A stretch of 62,144 bases of DNA, the filler included, from Porpidia crustulata (lineage: Eukaryota): the NCBI GenBank assembly GCA_964255105.1. It is 15 parts of 15 records of this genome, joined end to end, with 100 filler letters (N's around TTAATTAATTAA, not from the genome) between each part and the next. Parts side by side here need not be neighbours in the genome. Positions count along the whole stretch, not along the records: positions 1 to 4,087 come from CAXUWE010002156.1; positions 4,188 to 8,258 come from CAXUWE010002157.1; positions 8,359 to 12,425 come from CAXUWE010002158.1; 12 more parts are not named here. One strand, given 5' to 3'. A program made the position numbers and the translations under genes. This document shows positions 1 through 12,525 of the stretch, in pieces (position 1 is the stretch's first letter; each line of letters begins with the position of its first letter). The notes beneath the pieces are model-generated. The model was not told the origin of the DNA. It saw only the letters and a list, made by a program, of their open reading frames with translations, and did not search any database.

Positions 1-2732
1 TTCTTCATCCAACGGCCCAGCACCGCGCCCTGCATATTCCCCTCCTTGGCCTGCACCAACTGCTCCCTTAACCCCAGCACCAGTTTCCTGCGTCTGGCCA
101 GGGCGATCGTCTTGGAAGCTTTGTTTCGTTTCTCGGTATTACGGGCCAGGGTTTCCGAGACCTGCTGGGCGATTTCGATGACGCGCGGGGGCAGGCCGAC
201 GACTTTGGCGAGGGCGATGCCGTAGTGCTGTTCCTGGACGCAGCCATTGGAGATTTTGTAGAGCATGGTCATTCTGTTGGCTTGGGACATGTCGACGGCG
301 AGATGGAGGTTCACCACACCGTTGCGCTCGGCGAGGATGCGCGCCAGGTCGCGGAAGTGGGTTGCGAACCAGACGAGGGCGTGGCTGTCGACGAGGGCTT
401 CGGCGATGGCGATAGCGATGGCGAGGCCGTCGCGGGTGCTGGTGCCGCGACCGAGCTCGTCGATGATGACCATGCTGCGCTTATCGACGTTGCGGAGGAT
501 GAATGCCGTTTCGCGCATTTCCGACGCGAAGGTGGAGACGTTGGCTTCGATGTTGTCATCCATGGAAACTCGAGCGAAGAGTTGGTGGAAAATGGGAAAG
601 GAGGCGTAGGATGCGGGGACAAAGCATCCGACTTGGGTCATTATTGCTGTTAGAGCAAGAGAGCGGATATATGTGCTCTTTCCGCTCATGTTGCATCCAG
701 TGATGATTTGAAATCTTGATTGTTGTGTGGCATATGCGTCATTAGGTACAAACTTCTCAGATAATTTCTCCCGGATTGGGTGTCTACCAGCCTTGATAGC
801 TAGCGTCTGAGTTAATTCCGGCCTGCAATAGTCTTGTGTAGTGGCTAGTTGAGCGAAAGCAGAGATCATATCAAGCAGTGCAATGGCTTCGGCAATTTTG
901 AATAAAGGCGCTATATCCTCACGGACATTGTCAATAAGATTTTGGATACTTTGATCGCTCATCTGCAACACTTCATGGTGAGAGTCGGCAATCTTTTGAT
1001 TCAATTTCAGAAGATCGAGGGTCTGGCACTCGACCAAGTTTTTCTTTCTGAAGGAGTTGATAAAGACTTCAGGCAAATTCCTTTTTTCGAGTTCCGATGC
1101 AGAAATGCGAATATAGTATTGCCTCGCAGTGTCGTACTTCATCTCTAGAGCTAGCTCATGAGCCTCTACTATGATTTAGCATAATGTACATTCATAATAT
1201 AGGTAGATCTCTTACGCCCTAGATCCGTCACCAATTGATATGCATCAGCATTTGCCTCTTTGTATGTTTGTCTTGCAACGTCGAGAAGGCCATTGACTCC
1301 AGACTAAGCAGGATCAGTTTCGCAGTCGAAGATATCCTTGCATTCTTAAAATTACCGACCTTAACGGCATAGGTCCTTTGGTTTCGTAGGTCGAGTGGCT
1401 GACTTTGATACGTAATATCCTCATTGATAGTCTCATCTATGAGCTCTTGAAAGTCTGCAATCTTTTCCGGCGCGCACAACTGTAAAGCTATCAGTGACGG
1501 GGGTGCACTCAAACTAAGTGATATACATCATGAATATCCAGCAAAAGCCTAGTCCTTGCAGCTGCCAGTGCATCGAATATCGGTGGTATAGACTTCACAT
1601 ACTGCTTGAGCATTATGACATTATTGATCGATTGTTCCCAGTATTGGATTGACGGTTTTGTGGGGATTACAGTAATCTGTTAGATTCAGCTAATGAGTTT
1701 CTCAGAGGATGAATACTGACAGCAGTCAAGATTCGATCTGCATCAACAAAAGCTTTGAGAGCTATCCACCTCGTTATTGGATTTCATACTCATGCCACAT
1801 CTAGATATAGATACCTTGGCGAACTGCAAAGAATACTTCTTCCTTTGTGGCAAGTTCTTCCAAAGCATCATAGCGCCTCTCCAGCGTGTTGACATCAGTC
1901 AGTGGCTGCAGCACATTACTCTTAAGAAGTCTTGCTCCCATGGGTGTCAAAGTCTGATTAATAAGGCCATAAAGACAGTCTTTCGACTTTGCATTCTGCA
2001 GATTTTGGATTAGCTCCAGGGAATGTATGGTGGAGAGATCGACCATCATAGATCCCTGGGAGGGTTCATATTTGATACGAAGAGAGTGGTATGTAAAATA
2101 AGATCCAAGCCCAAGTTCGATATACTTGAGTACCTAGGGAAATTTAGTCGACAAAGGAAATAGGAAACGACAATGAAACAGACAGCAGCGAAGCAACATG
2201 TTGCATAAAAGTTCCCTTCCACAGAAACCTTTACTGCCTCCACATCTTGTTTGAGGGCCAACTGTTGAATGTAGTCAATCCCGGCCGTCTCAGACCAGTA
2301 CTTCCTGTCAATGACGGTCATACGAAGCTGCGGGAGGTTAGTCTCGACAATGGAGAATAGTTTTGATTTTGGTTGAGCAGCGGTGGTCATGAATAAAACT
2401 TCCGTGGGATCAAACACCCAGAGCTTATGTACTGTGCGCGGAAAAGTTTGGCTATCTGAGATTTGGCAGAGTACTACTTCTGCTGTGGCAAGATTCACAA
2501 AAGCCAGCCCAACGATTGGTGAAATTCCTCTCGATTCGCTGATGGCACAGATGATCTGCTGGTCTCTACTACCTGCAGTGGTCGAGGCAGCCGTTCTTGC
2601 CTTCGTTCGAGACCTTCCTGTACTTGTTCCACTGGTATTTAGTCGGGGGGTATTACTAGTAGTATCGACATATGTGGGACATGAAGTTGAGGCCGAGCTG
2701 TACGATGTCGACGGACGAATGCTTGCTGCCAT
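1..2732 (-). CDS. MSH4: MutS homolog 4, meiotic crossover protein (multi-exon, 3' partial)
   Basis: N-terminal exon ICAISESRGISPIVGLAFVNL. Manual minus-strand translation of ~100-720 gives Walker A ITGCNMSGKSTYIR, STFASEMRETAFIL, IIDELGRGTST and WFATHF. Several GT-AG introns. Confidence 0.93.
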
Positions 2733-2964
2733 GGCTATGTGGATTGACTTTTAGTCTGGCAAGATTGCCTGGATGACTTGAACAAGCTGAGCTCTGCCTG
2801 GAAGCATAGCTTAGTAGCTGTCCATCGGAGCTCTAGGGAGTCTGATTAAAGTTGAAGCCATCCACACCTGATCACAAGCGCACTCCCGCTCGCGTAGCCC
2901 TAAATGACATGAATCGCAACATTTTCAATTTACAGTTTTGGAGCCCAAAAAATTACGAGTAAAG

Positions 2965-4087
2965 ATGGCTACAGTGATACCTCCTCCAAGCAAACGAATT
3001 CGTACGGCCACGGCGGAGAAGACTCGGGAACAGCAAGATATCCAAACTATACCAGATAATCTAGGCAGTGTTCGAGTACAATTCGTTGACCAAGCCACGG
3101 GACGATCCACTGCAGCACCAGTCTCAATTCCTGTAGCCGATGCAACAACTAAAAACCTCGAACTTCTCCTCAATACCCTACAAGGGAATGTAGGTGTGCC
3201 CTGATCACAAGTTGCTCCCCCTTTCGAAAAAGGCCAGGCTCGTACTAACTTCTCCAGGATGCATCCGAACGAGTACCATATCGATTTGCCTACCTATCGA
3301 AAACTTCTGGAGACGCTGAGTTTGAAAATGTCCTCGACATCTCTAGCGATCTCTACCAATCTTTGTTACGACCCGGCATAAAAACCACCGAAGACTCAAT
3401 AACACTCCAATATACCCCTCAAGCTATCTTTCGCGTTCGCGCCGTTTCCCGATGCTCATCCTCGATCCCCGGCCATAGTGAAGCTATACTAGCAACGCAA
3501 TTTTCCCCAATATCATCCTCTCAAATGGTCACTGGCAGCGGTGATGGCACAGGACGAACATGGGACTGCGATACTGGCACGCCATTACACACCCTCAAAG
3601 GCCACACAAGTTGGGTTCTCGTTGTCAGCTACTCCCCGGACGGCAGCATGATAGCTACAGGGAGTATGGATAATACTGTTCGACTGTGGGATCCCAAAAC
3701 CGGCCTACCCCTCGGAAGCCCGTTGAAAGGCCATTCCAAATGGATCACCAGCCTTAGCTGGGAACCCTACCACCTTCAAACTCCTGGCCGCCCTCGCCTC
3801 GCCTCCGCTTCCAAAGACTCCACGGTCCGCATTTGGGATGCCGTCTCAAAGCGTATAGAGATTGTCCTATCGGGCCACAAAGGTTCCGTCTCCTGCGTCC
3901 GTTGGGGCGGTACGGGAAATATTTACACCTCCTCCCACGACAAGACCATCAAAATCTGGTCCTCGGCCAACGGCACCCTCAGCCACACCCTCTCAGCCCA
4001 CGCCCACTGGGTCAACCACCTCGCCCTCTCCACCGACTTCGTCCTGCGCACCGCCTACCACGACCACACAGGCCAAATTCCCGCCAC
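2965..4087 (+). CDS. RSA4: Ribosome assembly protein 4 / Notchless (NLE domain + WD40), 3' partial
   Basis: MATVIPPPSKR N-terminus, NLE domain, then WD40 repeats (GHTSWVLVVSYSPDG, HAHWVNHLALSTDFVLRT). Intron 3190-3257. Cut by the contig end. Confidence 0.95.
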
Positions 4088-4187
4088 NNNNNNNNNNNNN
4101 NNNNNNNNNNNNNNNNNNNNNNNNNNNNNNNTTAATTAATTAANNNNNNNNNNNNNNNNNNNNNNNNNNNNNNNNNNNNNNNNNNNN
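4088..4187. other. Artificial contig linker (44 N + TTAATTAATTAA + 44 N), first of 14
   Basis: Identical 100-nt linkers at 4088-4187, 8259-8358, 12426-12525, 16592-16691, 20756-20855, 24914-25013, 29069-29168, 33212-33311, 37353-37452, 41492-41591, 45630-45729, 49761-49860, 53890-53989 and 58018-58117. The core puts stop codons in all six frames. Confidence 0.99.
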
Positions 4188-4759
4188 GGGGCTTGGGGGA
4201 CAAGCATTGGGGAGGGGCTGACATTCGACGCTTGAGGTTTTCGGCTGAGAGGATTGAGTGAATGGATCAACCTTGGGGATCAGTACGGCTGCGCCGAATG
4301 ATGAATAATTGGACGTAGCTATCTATGGTGGTATATAGTTGATTTTTCAACGATGACACTGAATGTATGAAATTTCAATACTACTGAGGAGTCGGGGCAA
4401 CAAGACTTATCGTAACGTCTTTTCTTAACGAAGGAGTCCGTCAGGTCCAAGTGCTTTCCTCATAGTCTGTCGATCGTTTGAGTTATCCATTGTTTGGTGC
4501 AATCCTGATCTTACACTTTTCAACTCGGGCTCCTACGAAACCTCGATTTTGGTGATTTATTTGAATCTTGATGAAAAATTGTCGTTGGTCTTTGACTCGC
4601 GAAAAGAGATCGTCTAGTCTTTCAGTCATCCATCTACGACAATACAACATTCTGGCCACCCAATTTGAATATGATATCTTAATTCAAAGATGTATTAAAA
4701 GGATCAGGTCATATATGAATTTCGCATCTGTAATAGGCTGAATAGGCTCAGAATTCAAC

Positions 4760-7700
4760 ATGGATTCTGAACTTCGATTACGGCCTTGCGCGCGCAAAGC
4801 ATGCGACGCTCGCCGTCGCCAATCTTCTACCGGGTCGTGCTGCGATGGTGAATTAATCATCTTTCTCGTTCGAAAGATTTGCGACTGATGATACTCAGAG
4901 CAGTGTCTTGATATCATCGCACAGGCTTCGACCAGCCAGGTCATCCACAATGATAGTAATGAGAACCAATCATCTCCCCACTCTGGACTCCAACATTCTC
5001 TGGCACAATGGAAAGCCGCTCTCGAGCGAGCAGAATGTCTCTGTGCAGAAATGCTCAACATGGGCCTACCTTCCTGCTGTACTACCCAGGTTTCGGAGCC
5101 GAATATGGCTGTGCCTCAGAAAAGGTTCTCGACCGCTACGGTTGAAAGCACCAAAACACAGAGGCCGGATGTCGTTCCTGGCCAGCAAAAACCATGTTGC
5201 AGCACAAGTGTAAACCGCAATGAATACCGCTCTCCTGACACCGCAGAAACAGGATGCTCCTCCGCACCTGACCCGAAGACCTGTTGCTCTTCCGCACGCG
5301 ATGCCAAGAGTCCGTGTCACGACAACCCAACGCCTACCCTGAGCATGGGTTGCGCTTCTACCCCGAGCATTCGAGCTTCCCAAGTGCATGGTGTCCAGTA
5401 CAGCCATCTTTCTAAAGATGGTAATCTCCTCGACGGCCACCAGAGCATCCCAACCCCTGCCATGGATCTTGAGAAAGGCTCTGCAACGGAACATGCTGTG
5501 ACTCAAATTTCAGGCATGACATGCTCTGGTTGCGAAAGAAAGCTGGAGCGTGTGCTCTCCAGCATTGCTGGCGTGCAAAATGTCAAAACTAGCCTTGTTC
5601 TGGGTAGAGCTGAATTTGATGTTGGTGCTGGATTTTCCGTTAAGGAAATCGCCTCATTATTGGAGAGACAGACCGAGTTCAAATGTACAGCATACCAAGA
5701 GGGTCACCAGCTCGAGGTACTTGTACCAAGCCTTCCATCGACTCAAGAGCCGAGACTTGGACCCACGGCGAGCTCCGAGAAAGACACGGCATTGCTTCAT
5801 CGAAATCTTACAGCTCCTAATTATCCACCTGGCGTGCAAGACGTTCAATTTGTTGACATTAATGGTCGAGAGTGGAAGTCCACCATCGCCAGAACTAGCA
5901 ACTGGCGTCATTCTCTCAGAACGTTTGCAGCCAAGCCTGAGAAGTACAGCGCGAGGATTACTTATGATCCTCGTATTGTGGGTGCTCGGGATTTGATGGA
6001 GAAAAGCTTTGGTGTTCCACTATCGCTCACGCCCCTCAGCTCAGATCACGCAAGTGCCACTGACGTTAGCCACCTTCGTGAGACTCTTTATATGACGTTG
6101 ATATCGGCATGCCTTACAATACCTGTTCTTGTCATGTCTTGGGCGCCATTACCGCCTCATACGGTAGCTTATGGATCTGCTTCGCTTGCACTGGCGACCC
6201 TAGTACAATTCATAGTTGCAGGCCCATTCTACCCCAAGGCCCTAAAGGCATTGGTATTTTCTCGGATGATTGAAATGGACCTCTTGATTGTGATCAGTAC
6301 TACTACAGCTTACGTCTATTCGGTGGTGGCTTTCGTCTGTGAGACCAAAGGCAAGCCATTATCTACAGGTGGCTTTTTCCAAACTAGCACTCTTTTAGTC
6401 ACGTTGATTATGTTTGGTCGTCTTGCAAGTGCGTATGCTCGTCGGAAAGCAGCAGAGTCGATTTCTATTCAGGCCTTACAATCGTCCACGGCCGTTCTGC
6501 TAGAAGGAACAAAAGAACGAATAATTGATGTACGCGAATTTCAGTACGGTGATCTCTTCAAGGTCCTGCCGGACTGTATCGTTCCTACAGATGGAATCAT
6601 AATGTCAGGGGAGACCGAGATTGATGAATCCATGATTACAGGTGAGGCAAACCCAGTACCCAAATTCTCCGACTCGAAGATTATAGCTGGCTCTGTCAAC
6701 GGGCCTGGCCCGATAGTAGCTCAATTATCTAAATTACCTATCGACAACACCCTCGGCAGGATCGCAAGCATGGTTGATGAAGCCAAGTTGTCGAAGCCGA
6801 AGGTCCAAGATACTGCTGATCGAGTCGCGTCTTACTTTGTGCCCTTTATCCTGGCTCTCACCGTTGTTGTTTTCTCTATCTGGATTGCAGTAGGGATTGC
6901 AGTAAGAAAAAAATCCCATGTAGATGCCATAGTCACTGCCATAACTTACGCACTCGCGGCACTGGTCGTGTCTTGTCCTTGTGCTATAGGACTAGCCGTG
7001 CCCATGGTCATGGTCATTGCAGGTGGAGTCGGGGCCAAACATGGCGTGATTTTCAAATCGCCTGGTGCTATCGAGAATGCTAGAAAGGCTACTCATGTTG
7101 TTTTTGATAAGACAGGTACTCTTACGCAGGGCAAATTCGTTGTGGTAGAGGAGGTATATCGCGAAGGGGGTCACACCAAAGCAATTTTCATAGCCAGACA
7201 ATTGGCCTCTAGTAGTAAGCATCCCGTCTCGCAGGCCCTGACGACGCACCTTGGTCTCTCTGAGAACAGTCCATTCAAAATAGAAGGCATCACTTCAGTA
7301 ATTGGGAAAGGCATGTGTGCCACGCTAGACGGACAGCTGATCAAAGGGGGTAACCCACTCTACATCGAGGCTGCCGCCGACCCCGATGTTCAACGTCTCC
7401 TATCTCAAGGACTGACAGTATTCTGCCTCCGTCTCGGCCCCGCTCTCCTAGCCATTTACGGCCTCCGCGACGCCCTCCGTCCCGACACCCCCTCCGTCAT
7501 TTCTAAACTGCAAGCCCAAGGCATCCTCGTCTCCGTCCTCAGCGGCGACTCCTCCACCGCAGTCGAAACCCTAGCAAACGACCTCGGCATCCCGCTCGCC
7601 CGCGCCAAAGGCCACTGCAGCCCAGAAGCCAAAGCGCGCTATCTCGCCTCGCTCTCTCGCGGCGTCCCAGGGCGCAAAAGTAAAGGGGCCGCGACTACAA

Positions 7701-8050
7701 CTTTGTTCTGCGGCGATGGCAGTAATGATGCCGTGGCCCTCGCTCAAGCGGACGTTGGCGTACATATGGCCGTAGGCACCGATGTAGCTAAGAGCGCTGC
7801 CGATGTCGTGCTCACGCATCCGTCGTTGACCGGGATCCTGGTGCTCCTGGATCTCTCCGCTGCGTCTATGCGCCGGGTGTACGTCAATTTCGTCTGGTCG
7901 TTTGTTTACAATCTTTTTGCCATTCTGCTGGCCGCGGGTGCTTTTGTGAAGGCGAGGGTTCCGCCGGCGTATGCGGGGCTTGGGGAGCTTGTCAGTGTGC
8001 TGCCGGTTGTTGGGGTGGCGATGCAGTTGCGGTGGATAAAGTTTCGTTGA
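4760..8050 (+). CDS. PCA1: Heavy-metal P1B-type ATPase, Pca1-like (Cd/Cu exporter); exons 4760-4847 and 4899-8050
   Basis: Cys-pair-rich N-terminus, HMA motif GMTCSGC, TGE, CPC, DKTGT, HP, GDGSND and C-terminal YAGLGELVSVLPV (Pca1-type). An upstream ATG at 4760 plus a 51-nt GT-AG intron restores frame into the 999-aa ORF. Confidence 0.9.
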
Positions 8051-8597
8051 GGAATTTGAGTGATGATTAATGATTTCTGATATCCTTCTGTCGATGTTTA
8101 TTCTTCTAAACACAACTCAACTCCCAATTTCCACAATTAATCTAAAATCAACTCTCCATTTCCCTCACCTCCCCACCTCCACCTCTCCATCCTCTCCACC
8201 TCTCCACCATATCAAATCTCAAACACATGAAAACACATGAAACCCCACACCCCACACCNNNNNNNNNNNNNNNNNNNNNNNNNNNNNNNNNNNNNNNNNN
8301 NNTTAATTAATTAANNNNNNNNNNNNNNNNNNNNNNNNNNNNNNNNNNNNNNNNNNNNGGTGAGAGTGGAGTCATACTGGCGGGGATTGGGATGGAGGTG
8401 TGGAAGGGTGGTGGGAAGTGAACCAGTTTCAATTTACCTTGCAATCATAAAAGAGAGGAACGCCCGAAGATCTGTCGACCATAAAGTTCAACCTCAATTC
8501 CTCAATCTAGTCAAAGTTATGGTACGATCTCCAGCTGCTTGCCCTTTCGAAAGTCTGGTATAAAGGTTTAGAAATCGTGATGGGATTTGCCGTGCCA

Positions 8598-8638
8598 TCA
8601 CGTGATCGTCGCGATAAAAAGAACACCTACCAACGCGT
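8598..8638 (+). promoter_or_regulatory. TCACGTGA E-box and ACGCGT (MCB-like) sites upstream of RAD2
   Basis: CACGTG at 8599-8604 and ACGCGT at 8633-8638, within 125 nt of the ATG. Short motifs, so function is unproven. Confidence 0.3.
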
Positions 8639-8721
8639 CATTATGCACGACAGCTAACAGAAGGTGAAATGTTGCGTGCTGGCTCTTTGCCTATACCAAG
8701 GGTGTATCAGCACCTTCTGAT

Positions 8722-11700
8722 ATGGGTGTTACAGGTCTTTGGACTGTTGTTCAGCCCTGCGCTCGTCCCATCAAACTCGAGACTCTGAACAAGAAGCGTC
8801 TGGCCATCGATGCCTCCATCTGGATATATCAGTTCCTCAAAGCTGTACGCGACAAAGAGGGCAATGCTCTTCGTAATTCTCATGTCGTAGGATTCTTCCG
8901 CCGTATCTGCAAGTTGCTTTTCTTCGGAATTAAGCCAGTCTTTGTGTTTGATGGTGGAGCACCAGTACTGAAGAGACAGACAGTCAGTGCAAGGAAGTCA
9001 AGAAGAGAAGGAAGGAGAGAAGATGCCGTTCGAACAGCTGGAAAGCTATTGGCGCTACAGATGCAGAGAAGAGCAGAAGAAGATGATCGGAAGAGGAGGG
9101 ACGAAAGGGATCGGCCTCCAGTTGAGGCAGCAGAGGAAGAGGTCCCAGATGATCTTGTTTACGTCGATGAGCTGCAAATGACCGCGCAGGAGCGGCAGCA
9201 GAATCGGAGATTCAAGAAGAAGGATGCGTACCATCTTCCACAGCTGGACGTTAGTCTAGAGGAGATGGGAGCACCGAACGATCCACGAATAATGAGTCAC
9301 GAAGAGCTAGAAGAATATGCAAGACAATTCCACACTGGTGAAGATGTTAACGTCTATGATTTCAGCAAGATTGACTTTAACAGTCCTTTCTTTTTAAGTC
9401 TACCTGCAAGTGACCGTTATAATATCCTCAATGCTGCGAGATTAAGGAGCCGGCTAAGGATGGGACATAGCAAGGAGCAATTGGATACTATGTTTCCTGA
9501 TAGGATGGCTTTCTCCAGGTTCCAGATTCAAAGGGTCGCTGAGAGGAACGAGCTTACACAAAGACTCATGAATCTTAACGGCATGAACGGAGAAGACGCG
9601 ATGTTTGGCGTGAACGGAGGGGGACGGATTGCAGGGGAGAAGGGAAGGGAATACGTCCTGGTCAAAAATGACGGTGTAGAAGGTGGATGGGCATTAGGTG
9701 TCGTAAGCAACAACGGTGAGGGAGGTAGAAATAAGCCTATCGATGTTGAAGGCCCAGGAAAGGACGACCTTACACAGGTAATTGAAGGTGATGAGTCAGA
9801 TGATGGTTTTGAAGATGTTCCAATTGAGGGCCTCAATAGATTACCAAAACGCTCCGCAGTCGGCACTGCTGGCCTCGATTTCGAAGATGATACCGGATCT
9901 CTAGACCTCATGGAGCGAAGGCGAGCCTTGTACGAAGCACGACAGGCAGCAGTAGGCATCGAAGTGCCGGGAAAGGCACTAGAAGTCAGCAATGCCAACG
10001 ATGAACGCGATTCGCTCTTTGTGCCCCAGGTTCTCGATGAAGTATCCGGTCAACAAGATGAAGAAGAAATGGATGGCTTATTCGAGGATGTTCCAACTGC
10101 AGCACCTGACGAGGACGAATATCTCAGTCGAGCCGTTGCTATGTCATTGGAACAACCTGAGCAAGATGACGATATGGGCGATGTGGCTTCAAGCGCCGCA
10201 AAGCCTAATAATGCAGCCCTGAAAACTCATAAGCGGCTGGAATTCAATCAGCGAAGTGCTCAGGCTGGCAGAGATGTCGCTCATCAATTTAATGCACGAG
10301 CGCATCGGGTCGCCCCTAAACCGTTTCTAGAGGACAGCGAGGATGAAGATGACCTCAACCTTCAAGCATCATTGGAAGACTCGAGATCTACCATGCATAA
10401 GTCTCAAGGGCCTCGAGGTTTCAGTCCACAGGTGATGAGTCCTAGAAAGCCTTCTCCCCTGCAAATTACCCCAATGCAGAAGACAACATTCAGTGGGCCA
10501 CTACCGTTCGAGTCGATCAATTTCGGCAAATCGGTACTAGGTAGGAAGAAGACCAAAGCAAAGGAGGAGGGAGAAGGGGGCTTCGAGAAAGAGCCGTCGC
10601 AGGCGGAGAAAGAACCTCAGCCGTTACCTCCTTGGTTCTCTAAAGACGTGCTTGAAGGCAATGCTTCTCAAAAGGCCTTCGAGGAGAAAGAATTGGAAAG
10701 CGTTGTTCCCAATTATAGCGCTCAGATGATCGAATATCAACACATCCTCAAGAGGCAGCAAACAGGAGAGATAATTGACCTCGACGTACCCGCTAGAACA
10801 ATCGATGATGTTATTGAAGTTGCCACCTCTAGCGATGAGCACGAGGATGATGATATTATAGAACAAAAAAAGCCAACTGACTCGGAGGTGAGGATGGGCG
10901 ATATCGCGGATCAAGTTCGCGCTGAACCCCCAATATCTGGATCACCTAACCATAATGATTGTCCATTAAAGGATAGCCGGGCCAACTTTCAAGTGACCTC
11001 CGTGGAGAGTCAACAAAGTAGCGAGGAGTCCATTGAATGGGAGGAGAGCGACCTGGAAAACGACCAAGCAAAGTACAATCCTATACTTAATACCCAGCAC
11101 CCCGCTGGCGGTATCATGCAGGCTCCACCATCGAAATCTCCCTCACCCGAGTTCGAGAACGTTGGAAATCTAGACTCGCCACTTCAACTTCCTATTAATG
11201 GTCCATCTCTCGATAGCCCAGAACGACCACCCCCACCGCTTCCTCAAGCAGTGTCGCTTGATCTGCCAGCCGAGGATTCTGACGCCTACTCTGATCCCGA
11301 AGATGAATATCTCATGCGTCAACTCGCCGCCGAAGCCTCTGAACATGCTCGTTTCGCCTCCACACTCTCGAATAATTCCCATCTCCACTCTGCTCAAGAT
11401 TACGAAACCGAACTTCGTCAACTCCGCAACCAACAGAAGAAGGATCGCCGTGATGCTGACGAGGTCTCACACATCATGATCACGGAATGCCAGCAGCTGC
11501 TCAAACTGTTCGGACTGCCCTACATCACAGCACCCATGGAGGCGGAGGCACAATGTGCGGAACTGGTGAATTTGGGCTTAGTAGATGGTATTATAACGGA
11601 CGATAGCGATATCTTCCTATTTGGAGGGACTAGGGTGTACAAGAATATGTTCAACCAAGCCAAATATGTTGAATGCTACCTTTCTTCCGATCTCGAGAAG

Positions 11701-12425
11701 GAGTACTCGCTGGACCGCCAAGCTCTCATCCGTATTGCACACCTGCTTGGGTCAGACTACACCGAAGGACTACCATCCGTCGGTCCTGTCACTGCTCTAG
11801 AAATACTATCCGAGTTTGGCTCTCTGGAGTCCTTTGCGGAATGGTGGTCCTCTGTCCAACTCAATCCCAAACTGTCCCTTGAAGATGCCGCCAACCCCTT
11901 CCGCCGCAAATTCCGTAAGAACGCATCAAAACTCTTTCTACCCACCATTTTCCCGGATACCCGAGTCGACGAAGCGTACTTGCAACCTGAAGTCGACAAA
12001 GATACCAGCCCCTTCCAGTGGGGGGTACCAGACCTTGACGCACTTCGCCAATTCCTAATGGCCACAATCGGCTGGAATCAAGAGCGTGCAGACGAGATCC
12101 TCGTCCCTGTGATCAAAGACATGAACCGCCGAGAAAACGAGGGTACCCAGGCAAATATCACGCAGTTCTTCGGCGGCGGCGTCGGCGTTGGAGGAAGACA
12201 AAATGGTGCAACTGGCGCTAGTGTAAGCGCAGGACACTTCGCACCTCGGAGAAGAGCCGAGGGAAAAAGCAAGCGCATGGAAACCGCTTTGACTCGACTG
12301 CATACACAGGCGCGAAATAGGACCGTAGGTGAAGGAGAATCGATAGCTGCCAACGGGGAAAATGTTGAGAATGGGAATGAGGTATCCACGGCTAGGGAAG
12401 CCGCAGGGCAATCATCTTCGAAGGG
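8722..12425 (+). CDS. RAD2: XPG/Rad2 (Rad13) nucleotide excision repair endonuclease, 3' partial
   Basis: XPG-N MGVTGLW...LAIDASIWIYQF; XPG-I LFGLPYITAPMEAEAQCA, TDDSD, LLGSDY; long acidic spacer; intronless. Confidence 0.96.
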
Positions 12426-12525
12426 NNNNNNNNNNNNNNNNNNNNNNNNNNNNNNNNNNNNNNNNNNNNTTAATTAATTAANNNNNNNNNNNNNNNNNNN
12501 NNNNNNNNNNNNNNNNNNNNNNNNN

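Noticed and set aside
225..703. Plus-strand ORFs (142 aa, 114 aa, 66 aa)
   Set aside because: Antisense shadows of the GC-rich MSH4 ATPase exon. The same applies to most short ORFs overlapping other genes.
4188..4235. 3' end of RSA4 continuing after the first gap
   Set aside because: Different contig. It may encode the C-terminus (GAWGTSIGEGLTFDA*) of an unidentified gene, but it is not WD40-like.
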